This document shows positions 50,281 to 60,346 of a stretch of DNA of 60,346 bases, piece by piece. Where the stretch lies: positions 64,612,864 to 64,673,209 of the forward strand of contig NC_057719.1 in assembly GCF_004010195.1 (NCBI RefSeq), written 5' to 3'. The stretch comes from Chiloscyllium plagiosum. Lineage: Eukaryota. The notes under the pieces were generated by a model that saw nothing but the letters and a program-made list of their open reading frames with translations, did no database searches and was not told the origin of the DNA. Position 1 is the stretch's first letter. The number at the start of each line of letters is the position of its first letter. A program made the translations under genes and the position numbers.

Positions 50281-50654
50281 ATGAATCATGCACCTTTTTA
50301 GCTTGATGGTTTACAACAGAGACAACTATGTCAAGTGATTGTTAATACATATTTGACAATTATGGCGTAAACCATCGTCATAGATGATGCATGGTGCCCC
50401 TGACTTATGTCTTAGCTTTTCCACTGGACTCACAAATCCAGCTCATTTAACTGGCTTCATTTGAACAGATGTCTTCAGTTTACTTTTTGTTTATTGTGTT
50501 AATAACAATTTTATCAACAGCAATACTTAAAACTTTTAAAATTGTAGAGAATTGCCCATAATGCTATGTGGGACATTGAATACGAGAGAGACAGGTGGGA
50601 GATATGATTGAACACATGACTAAAAATAAACATTTAAGTGAGTCTTTTAAAGGT

Positions 50655-51205
50655 AAAAATCACACAAAACCAGGTTATGGTCCAACAGGTATATTTGGAA
50701 GTACAGAGGAACCTTGATTACCCTGCATTTGATTATCTGAATATTAGATTATCCAGCAAGATCGCAAGGTTCCGCTGCTCAGCTAAACTGTTATCTGGTA
50801 TTTGATTCTCCGGAATTTGATTAACTGAGCGAAATATTGCCCGCACATGTCCTTCGGATAATTGAGGTTCCTCTGTACTAGCTTTTGGAGCACTGCTCCT
50901 TCATCAGATAACTAGTGGGACAGGAACATAAGACACAGAATTTATAGCAAAAGATTACAGTGTCATGCAATTAATATGGTTTATTGAACATACCTAGATT
51001 GGTGTTAAGTCTTTCATCTTTTAGAACGGGATGAAGGTATCAATTCATTAGTATGCAAATCTCAGAACAACTTCCAAGTCACATTCCTGAGATAATTTAA
51101 GGTTTTATAAAAAATGGTGACATATCAGCTCAGACAATGCATTAAAGGTGTAAGGTTAAAGTCTGTCTGTATTCCAATCTTGAGTCAGATTGGTTCTATT
51201 TCCAA
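50655..51205 (-). mobile_element. Penelope-like family B 3' end, split by a MITE
   Basis: aaaatcacaca..ccaggttatggtccaacagg matches the 7467 arm. Hammerhead remnant at 50878-50908 (reverse strand ctgatgaaggagcagtgctccaaaagcta). The right boundary is approximate. Confidence 0.65.
50704..50875. mobile_element. 172-bp MITE, Tc1/mariner-pogo (Tigger-like) type
   Basis: TA duplication at 50702-50703 and 50876-50877, TIRs cagaggaacct(tg/ca)atta matching 15/17, internal gattatc repeats. Confidence 0.85.
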
Positions 51206-52473
51206 AGCTTTTAAAGCCGTGAGATTCTTGAGTGTCAGAATTGGAAAGAAAAGAGGATGCACAAGAGACCAAATTCCAATCTGCAAGGTCATAGTATAGA
51301 ATCATCAGATTGGCTAAAACTAACAACATATATGAATCAATTTCATAAAGTGATTTATTTATGAAATCCAATCGTTGTTTCTTCATTTATTAGAGAACAA
51401 GGAGTCATGGAAGGATATAGGATAACCGGTTGAAAATGTGGGCGGAGAAATTTTAAAGAATCATTTGAAAGATTTTGATCGTGGTGGAGGTGCAAGGAAG
51501 TAATATCGTGAAGTTGAACATCGTCTTGGTAATGGATACGCTATGAATTTTGGGTCAAAGAGAAGCAGTTGGGATAAGGAACCAATAACTGGTATTTAAT
51601 AGGTACTGCCTGTACTGATTTTAGTTTGGGGATCAAGAGGAAAGGGCTGAATTGTACAACAAGTTGTATTCGCACTGAGAAATGGCAGTATGTCACAACT
51701 ACTCAGTTTTTAAAAAGTGTATAATCTAAGTATATTGTTTGTTTAGGTGTAACAAAAGTGTAGCTCACTGTTAAAAAAAAACTTCCAGTATCACTGTAAT
51801 ATCAGTTTCAAATAGTAGTTTTGAGAGAGGAAATGCAAAAATACTTTCAGCAGCTAACATGGTGTCAAGAGTTTCTCCATTCACAAGTAAAGCATGCCTT
51901 CGGACCACTGCCCAGCCTCCACAACCTGATCCAACAGATTCAATCAGCTCCCCAGTCATGAGCACAAAAAGTGAAGAAACTAACAAGCGAAGAGGAGGCC
52001 TGTATGCTTTTTGTCAGTGGCCTTCCTATGGACATTAAACCACATGAGCTTTACCCTTGTCTTTCGATCATTTAAGGGATATGAAGGTTCACTGATCAAA
52101 CTAACATCGAAATGGCCAGTTGGCTTTGTTACATTTAACAGCAGAGCGGGAGAAGTATCAGCAAAGAATGCTTCATTCACCTAGCCTGCTGCTGCACTGC
52201 ACACTCAGATGCGCTGGTATCCTCCATCTGAAGCATCTCCAGAAGGATGAAAGTCTCGTCATTAAGGGTCACTAAGGGCTGTGGATTTAATAACTCTACT
52301 GGTGAATTTTGTTTCCACATGAGAAGATTCTTCAAAATCTGATTAATGTAATGGACTTGTAATTTTGTTGTTAAAATCATTTTATGCTGTGTGTCAATAA
52401 CTGGCTTAAATATTGGCTGTCAGAGTCTTATGAAAGCTGGTAATGCCATCCAGGTGGTTATCATGAAATGATA

Positions 52474-53030
52474 AAAGGAGGGAATGAAGATGTGTATAGG
52501 GTATGAGCAGGCAGGGGAAGAGTTAAGTTCGGCGCTTTTTGAAAGAAAAGGTTCAGTTGAGCATGACTCAAATCAGATAAGAACTTACTCTTAACAATGG
52601 GTGCTGCAGGCAAGGGTAATGGGTTAACAAGGTGGAAAAGAATTCATTATGTAGAGCTATTTAACAAGATGAGGTAGCATTCAGCATGTAACATCAGTTA
52701 ACAAGGTGAAAAGTATTCATTATGTGAAGTCAGTTATTCATTGTGTAACAGCAGCTGGCTTAATCTTTACCTATTGACACTCGCTAATTGTAATGGTCAC
52801 CCAATCAATATGTATGTCACCTTATCTGGATGCTCCTCCCTGTAAAATGAATATGTAGTTCATTGAGAAACTGTTATTCGAGAGATGACAGTGAACTCAT
52901 GTCTCTGTGCACATGGGCGATCATTCTCTCTCCCTCCAGGGCCCGGAATAAAGATGAAGAAGGTAAAACTACACTGTGTCTCTGAGCATTTTGCTTTGAT
53001 TGAGGGGGGAGCGGGATGACTGTTTCACAA
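52474..53030 (+). mobile_element. Putative solo LTR
   Basis: Internal direct repeats (ttaacaag(g/a)tg x3, attcattatgt), AATAAA at ~52947, ends in tttcaca. No clean TG...CA ends with a 4-6 bp TSD were found. Confidence 0.35.
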
Positions 53031-54147
53031 AAATGATATTTCAGGTGAGTTCTGTTCTCCTTATGAACCTCTTCCTCTTGGATCCTACTAGTGTAACAGT
53101 TATAAACCACTAACCATTTCCTGATGAAAATTTACAAGCTGGTTTGTAGTGGAGCAGAAGTTTAAATCAATTAGCCCTTTCATCTAAAATTTCTTTCACC
53201 CAGTGCTGTGTCTGGTTCTTATCATTTAAGATTTAGTAACTGATGAACATTTTATAAAATATAATGTAGCCAAAAAAATTCATTATTTAAAATATCAAGT
53301 AACAAGTTGATAAACATTTAATTCCAAGTTAATTATATAGTCACAGCCAGATGTGTGACATAAGCTGCCTTAAAAGCAGGATTAAACTTGTAGTGCTTCA
53401 GGCAGCAGCAGGTTTCAGGAGGGAGGGAGTTGGGCCATGAGACACGGGCATCTCCTGACTGTCTGGAGGTGGTGTAACTCTCTTGGCATGTGAGGAGTTT
53501 GGGAAGTTTACTTTTACACTATCTGATAGCAATGAACTGAGATTTGAATGTCATATAATATTGATTTCATTTTATACAATTTGAAATTCCTTCAATACTG
53601 CTCCATTTCTTTTAATGGAAATCGACAAATAAAATGAGTTGACTTGGCAGCAGATGAGATGCATTATGGAAAATGTCATATCTCAATTTATTGTGCTGGT
53701 TCATGGAGAGCAGACAGTGGGCAATAGTAGAATATTTGAGTTTGTAGCAGGGATGTCTATCATTACTGTTGAGTTCATGCCACAGAATTGCATGTGTTCA
53801 TTGTTCTTTAAACATCTGCAATAATAAAGATGTGCTCTAAATGTATCTATTACTTGAAGAATTTACTGGCACTTCTATTTCTAGATTTTATGATTTTCTC
53901 AATCCTTTGAATATTGAATTTCCATTGCAGTTTTAACAAAAGCACCTTATCTATAACAGTTAAGAAATGTAATACTTGTGGAACAGCTGAATCTTACTAG
54001 CAATCACAAATTATAATTAAGCCAGTATTTTTCTTTTTGCCATGAAAATAATTTTGAGATATTGTCATTGCTGCCCACTGAATACTCTTGTCTATTAATT
54101 AGTTGATCCCTACCTTGTGATTTAATTACAATCATATCTGCTTTCCT

Positions 54148-54248
54148 ACTTCTATACTGATGAAGGGTCATTGAACTTGAAAAGTTAACTCTGCTTTCTC
54201 TCCACAGATGTTGCCAGACCTCCTGAGTTTCTCCAGCAGTTTCTGTTT
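54148..54248 (+). mobile_element. Old short Penelope-like insertion with a decayed hammerhead
   Basis: ctgatgaagggtcattgaacttgaaaagtta core remnant. 11-bp TSD tctgctttcct at 54137-54147 and 54249-54259. Same family as 12646. Confidence 0.7.
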
Positions 54249-54412
54249 TCTGCTTTCCTTTTTTTTGTTAAGTTTCTTTCACTATCAGTGCTGTGTACAA
54301 TACATTTTTTTGCTATCTAATTTTTATTAAAGTTCTGGTTTTCAGTTGTACAAGTGAGTTCTCATCTTACTGAAAAGTTTACATTGATGCTTTGTATTTT
54401 ATTTGTCTGCAG

Positions 54413-54586
54413 GACACTTCAGTTCCCTGGGCATTATCTGTGGTAGAAAGAGAAGGATACACTCCAGAACCCATGGATCAACAACAGTTGGCTGACATAA
54501 ATGCCAAACTGCAAGTTTTCAATTTGGATGATGATTTCCCAATGATTACCAGCTCATTGTCCAGTATACAAACCCAGAATTATCAG
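54413..54586 (+). CDS. FSIP1: FSIP1 coding exon 9 (DTSVPWALSVVEREGYTPEPMDQQQLADINAKLQ...QNYQ); gene continues beyond the window
   Basis: Acceptor ctgcag, donor CAG|gtaagt, 174 nt, phase 0-0. Matches the recalled GY...QQLAEIDIKLQ. No stop codon is reached within the window. Confidence 0.9.
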
Positions 54587-54859
54587 GTAAGTGAGGCCAG
54601 GCTATCCATTAAAAAGAAAATTGGGAATTTATTTCAGAAGGTATCTGACTCACTCATCTGGTAATGAATATGCAAGAGCACAAATTGAAAATATGATTAA
54701 TAAGGTAATTATGAATTTAGTTGCCAAAAGTTCTTTATTACAATAGATAAGAACAAAAGAATGTAACTTCCGGATCTCATTATGTAGGGGAACCAACTAT
54801 CAGTTGTAAATTTTTTCCTACATTGTTAGAGAAATTAAAATCTACATATCAAGAGATTT

Positions 54860-55058
54860 GGAGAAAGTGAGGACTGCAGATGCTGGAGATCAGAGCTTAA
54901 AAATGTGTTGCTGGAAAAGCGCAGGAGGTCAGGCAGCATCAAAGGAACAGGAGAATCGACGTTTCGGACATAAGCCCTTCCTGAAGAAGGGCTTATGCCC
55001 GAAACGTCGATTCTCCTGTTCCTTTGATGCTGCCTGACCTGCTGCGCTTTTCCAGCAA
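54860..55058. mobile_element. 199-bp fold-back Penelope-like family A element
   Basis: 73-bp arms (54908-54980 and 54986-55058, 2 mismatches) with a 5-nt loop ctgaa, intact core starting at 54981. 17-bp TSD tacatatcaagagattt at 54843-54859 and 55059-55075. Confidence 0.92.
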
Positions 55059-56331
55059 TACATATCAAGAGATTTATTAGTCTACCTAACCACAGCAAAT
55101 CATAGCTATTTTCAACAAATGTGTATAATATTTGGTTAATGTAACTGTATATTTTGCACTGTTTCACCTACTTCACTGTGACTTTTAAAGTGAAGATGGT
55201 TGCTTTGTATTAGACTGGTCTGTTGTCTATGTTTTGACTATCATGCTATGGCATGCATCCATGATGCTGAAACAATTAGTAGTACAAGCTCGACTGCTTG
55301 GACTAGGACATGAACAGATGTCAAGAAAATTTAACTTGAGAGAACCTGTTTATATAAAATGCATCAGCTCTTTTGAAAACTTGAGAATGCAGTTGTGCAT
55401 ATGTAGTTAAGTGTGCTTCACAGCAGAATAATTAAATTACTCTCAACATCTACCATGGACATTTGTATTGCATATATTTGGAAGCTATTTTGTTTTCTGC
55501 TTCCGATGGTGTTGTAATTCAAGTTCAATACTGTCAATTTCGTGTGTTTCCTTTGTGTTATAATTCATATTCCCCTTTTTGCTTTCACCAGTTTTGTGTT
55601 TCTATGATAAACTTGCGTAAAGTAATTGGTCTCACACCAAGACTAAACCTAAACATAGCTTCACTTTGTTTGAAGATATATTATGAGATTCCTCAGCAGA
55701 CATATTTACTATAAAGATGCAGCAACTGTTGTTATTATAAGAAAATGTAATTGCAATTTCCTCATGCCACATCCTGCAAGTTACTGGTCACACGTTCTAC
55801 ATCCTATTTCCTCATAATTACCATGTCCTGTATTCAAATTATATCTCAATGTGCACAATACAACTGCTAAATATCTGCATGACATTAAATAGCTCAAACT
55901 ATGCACAATTTAAGGAGAAATGCTCCTTTCCAAAAAAAAATTATGATAGATTCATACTATGACTATGCCAGCAGGGGGTTACATTGTGATTTGTTCTTGA
56001 GGTGGATCAGCCCTTTAAATTTACATTTATACTTTCAAGCTTAGCAATGCTGTGTAGACAAATACTGCTTCGCCCTGATGAAAAACAGAGCATGAAAATG
56101 CATCATCCTTTCTAGGCTTAATTTATCTTCATGTAATTAATGTGATAACCACATCAAACAGTATGCAATTTATGAAGAGTCTTTTTGTACTGTAGTTCTC
56201 AGGTGGCATGTATTCATCTGTGTCAAATATCTATTTATTTGCCATTCTAATGTCTGTAACTTGCCTTTGTGTTATGCAGCTGTTAGCTAAAGCCAGCATG
56301 TATTGCCCATTAAGCCCAGAACAACTACAGG

Positions 56332-57572
56332 TGCTGTAAATCGGAAATAGAAACAGAAGTTGCTGGAACAGCTCAGCAGGTCTGGCAGCATCTGAAAAGA
56401 AATTTCGGATGGTTGCTCAGAAAGTGTTGGTTAATATATGGAAGATAGGGTGGGGGGATGAGGTAGGAATAAACAATAGTTAGGATAGAGCCCAAAGAGA
56501 GAGTAGAACAGTTAGACAGACAAAGGAGTGGATAACAATCTGGCTAGGAGAGTGAATAACTGTTAATGGAGACTGTTAGTGACAAATAGGTAGTGTGTAA
56601 TGGCAGAATGTGATAAGAAGGCCTGGTGTGTGGGGTTGGGGGCTTCGACATGAGTGAGTTCAGGTTCTAAAATTATTGAACCCCATATTGAGTCCAAAGG
56701 GCTGTAGGTCCCCAAGTGAAAAATGAGATATTGTTCTTATGCTGAGCTTTGCTGGAGCATTGCAGAAAGTCTGAGACAGATGTTGGCCAGGGAACAGATT
56801 GGTGTGTTGAAGGATGAGACCAGATATGAGACCAGGATAGTCTCTAGGCTCTCCGCTTCTTCCTGGAGCAAAGGCCTGAACTCTCAACACTTTCTCCTTT
56901 AACACCTTTTTTTTCAGGTCAGAGCTGTAGCCATGGGTACATGCATGGGGCTTATGCCTGTCTCTTCAAGGGGTACATGGAACATTCTTTGTTCCACTTG
57001 TATTCAGGCCTCCATCCTCAAATCTTTCTCTGATATATCCATGACATCATTGGTGTTGCTTCCCTCTCTTGTTTAGAATTGGAAAAGTTCATCAATTTTG
57101 CGGAACATTCTTTGTTCCACTTGTATTCAGGCCTCCATCCTCAAATCTTTTCTGATATATCCATGACATCATTGGTGTTGCTTCCCTCTCTTATTTAGAA
57201 TTGGAAAAGTTCATCAATTTTGCTTCCAATTTCCATCCCGCCCTCACTTTCACCTGGTCTATCTCTGACCCCTCCCCTCCCTTCCCTTCCTCAACATCTC
57301 TGTTTCTATTTTTGGGGATAAACAGGCCACCAATATCCACCAACTCCCACAGTTACCTGCACCATACATCTTTGCACCCTGCTTCCTGTAACAACTCCAA
57401 TCCAGTCTCCCAGTTCCTCCGTCTCCATTGCATCCATTCTGATGAGGCTGATGTTGATAAGGGGGCTTCCAAAATGTCCACCTTCTTCCTCAACTGAGGA
57501 TTCCCCAGCACCATTGTCAACCGGGCTCTCAGCCGGGTCCGACCCATCTCTGGCACTTTTGCCTTCACCTGA
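56332..57572. mobile_element. Penelope-like relic: inverted 3' end (-) joined to an RT fragment (+)
   Basis: Reverse strand HFSLGDLQPFGLNMGFNNFR (GIY-YIG end), forward strand RT remnants AVAMGT, YIHDI (decayed YIDD) and FINFASNFHPALTFTW. Confidence 0.7.
56979..57223 (+). repeat. Tandem duplication of about 123 bp
   Basis: ggaacattctttgttcc...catcaattttgc at 56979-57101 and 57102-57223, with one substitution and one 1-nt indel seen. Confidence 0.92.
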
Positions 57573-57589
57573 CGCATCAACTCTAATTT

Positions 57590-58620
57590 AATGCCCATCC
57601 ATAATTGCCTTTTAAAGGATGGTGGTCAGCTGCTTTCTTGAACTGCTATTGTCCACCTGGTGTAGGGGCACCCACAATTGAAAAGGGAAAAAATGTATTT
57701 TTACTCAGCAACAGTGAAGGAACAACAATATATTGCCATGTCAGAGAGGTTTGTGACTTGGAGGAGGTCTTGTAGATGGTAGTATTCCCATTGCATCTTC
57801 TCCCCTTGACCTTTGAAGGTATTGAAAATAACTTGCAGATTTGTAAGGTGCTGTTGAAGGATGATTGGCAGCAGTGCATTTATTTATGGTGCACATTGTT
57901 GCTACTGGGTTTTGGTGATGGAGGGAGTGAATATTTCAGGGAGTAGATGAAGTATTGATCAAGTGGGCTGCTTTGTCCCAGAGAACGTTGAGCTTCATGA
58001 GTACTATTGGAACTGCAGTCATCCAATCAATTGGAAAATATTCCATCAAACTCCTGATTCTCTCTTTGTAGATGATGGACAAGCTTTGGAGAGTCAGGAG
58101 GTGAGTTACTTCAAAGTTTCGAGCCATGAACCTGCTCTTCCAACTGTATGGTGAGATTCAGCAATACTTTAATCTGCAGGGAAAATGGTTAGATTCTATA
58201 TTACTACATTGCGTGGTATATGTCTAAATTCAGGATTACTTGCCACTTTTCGGCCCAACCCTAAATGTTGAGATTTTGGTGCATGTGGGAATGAACTGCT
58301 TCAGTATTTGGGGCATTGTTAATTGTGTGGGACACTAATCATCTGTAAGCATCTCCAGTTCTGGTTTTATGATGGAGAGAAGGCCATTAATGAAGCAATT
58401 TAAAATAGTTGGGCCAACAACATTATACTGAAGAGCTCTCTGCAGCAGTGCCCTGGAATTGAGCTGATTTACCTTCAACAAGCAAAACCATCTTCACTTA
58501 TATCAGATATGACTCCAAATAAAAGAAAGTTTTCCCCTTGGTTCCCATTGACTTCAGTTTTGCAAGGGCTCCTTGAAGCCACAGCTGGTCAAAGGCAATG
58601 ACTTTTGCCTCACCTCTTGG
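57590..58620 (-). mobile_element. LINE 3' fragment (same family as 650-1255)
   Basis: ORF 57936..58127 (LQSLSIIYKERIRSLMEYFP) and shared 3' UTR motifs. Confidence 0.6.
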
Positions 58621-59886
58621 TCTCCAGATTTAATGGCTCAGAACTTTTGATTAATATCAGAGTTGTTATGACAAATGGCATAAGAAAATTGGAGTAAGAA
58701 AAACAATCCTCTTTCCTGCCTGGCCCTTTTTTTAATGAGCCAGTCTTCCAAGATGGCCACTTCCCAGAGCCTCCTTTGCAACTAGGTACAGAGAACTTGA
58801 CACAGTGCAGAGAATGTGAGACCACCTGCCAAATTCCCCATGATGCTGGAGTAGTTTGGATTGCAGCAGTAGGCAGTGGGAATTAAACTGCAAACTAAAT
58901 TTAATATATTAAAATAAAAAGCTATAGAAGTTTCATGAGTGTTGCTGTTGACCAATTGTAAATATAATTATTTTCAAATTTTAAACATTTTAATGGCATT
59001 GTTGTATAATCATTCCAAGTAAAATGTGTTTTGCTTATTTAACATTCACTGTTACTTAATGATTCTTAGTGAATAAGTCTGGGTGATTGTTAAGAGTTAA
59101 AGATGTCCAATGTATTTTGGTGTTCCAGCCCATGGCCATGATACCTGGTTAACAATTTCTCTCTGTTCCTGGAATATGCACTTTTGTTTCCTCCAGATCC
59201 TCATAGCTTTCCAGTCCTGTCTCTTAGTATCCATGTGCTGTTGTAGCAATACCCAATTAAAGCTGCAATTCTTTTTTAAAAAATTACTGTCCTTTCAGCC
59301 AGTATTACTGCATGGGTTTAAGGTTTTATCTTTCGTACAAGAGTTTTTGGTTTTAACTTGAACAATGCTTTATCTTAGCTCACTGGCTCAACAAAGAATA
59401 GGGCTGCTTCTGCAGATTTAGCAGATCTCAGGTTTGGGTCTGTAGATTTCTGCAATTCCTGCATGTCTGTGTCAAATTTGAAATGCTTTCTGTACCATTC
59501 TCTGAGATATTATTCTGTGTTAAGTGTTGCCACAGTTTATGGGATTCGCTATTGTCAATCTGCAGTATCTGTTCATCTTGAAGTTTTTTGGGATTCCAGT
59601 ATGCTTTTTACTTGAAGATCTAAATTCTAGTTTCTCTCAGTTGGCACTATTTAGAAATACTGCTGGTCATCACTGTTCACTATATTGTGGCAGAGCCACC
59701 CCCCCCCCCCTGCAGGTTGTATGTGAGTTATTTTTAGTTTGAAATGGGGTGGAGTGAATGAGGCTCTCTATCTTTCTGGTCTACCTAGAAGATTCTTGTT
59801 CAGTAAATAATATAATTACTTGCAGGTTAAATGGATGTGACATACATTACTAAAGAGGCTGTTAGGAGCAAACTAGCCCAAGTCTA

Positions 59887-60346
59887 AATAATGTTGCCAG
59901 TGGATCCAAAGAAAGGGAATTCTTGGATTGCTTACAGGATGGCTTTTTGGAACAGCTTGTCATGGAGCCCACAAGGGAGCAGGCTATTTTGGACCTAGTG
60001 TTATATAATGAACCAGACTTTATAAAAGATCTTAAAGTAAGGGAACACATAGGAAGCAGCGATCATAATATGGTAGAGTTCAGTCTGCAGTTTGAAAGAG
60101 AGAAGTCAAAATCGGATGTAATGGTGTTACAGTTAAATAAAGGTAATTATGAGGGCATGAGAGAGGAACTGACGAAAATAGACTGGAAGCAGAGCCTAGC
60201 AGGGAAGACAGTAGAGCAAAAATGGCAGGAGTTTGTGGATAAAATTGAGGACACTGTACAGAGGTTCATCCCCAAGAAAAGAAAGATTATCCGGGGAGGG
60301 ATTAGACAGCCATGGCTGACAAAGGAAGTCAGGAAATCTATCAAAG
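59887..60346 (+). mobile_element. Young CR1 LINE ORF2 (end of endonuclease and linker), running off the window
   Basis: Uninterrupted 153-codon frame FLEQLVMEPTREQAILDLVL...GSSDHNMVEF...QPWLTKEV. Confidence 0.88.

Noticed and set aside
1..60346. CRISPR array or prokaryotic operon
   Set aside because: No regularly spaced repeats. The architecture is a spliced vertebrate gene with retroelements.

Overview
Eukaryotic genomic DNA, most likely from a shark or ray (inferred from V-domain/HE1-type SINEs and CR1-rich introns). The window holds the 5' part of an FSIP1 (fibrous sheath-interacting protein 1) ortholog on the + strand. A GC-rich promoter lies at about 1-600, and nine coding exons (3366-54586) splice in frame with GT-AG boundaries into 407 codons. 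The gene continues past the window end. The introns are filled with retroelements: CR1 LINEs, a nested L1/SINE/Tx1/Penelope stack, three kinds of tRNA-derived SINE, a TA-flanked MITE and many short Penelope-like (PLE) insertions. The most notable signal is that the PLE insertions carry minimal type I hammerhead ribozyme motifs (8 intact cores, about 10 decayed, at least 3 sequence families). They are bounded by 11-17 bp target-site duplications, and several are fold-back (hairpin) elements whose truncation or inversion points fall at the ribozyme core. There is also a 328-bp near-perfect palindrome centred on (TA)n that duplicates a CTCF-like motif. Repeat family names come from recalled consensus motifs, not database searches, and repeat boundaries without TSDs are approximate.
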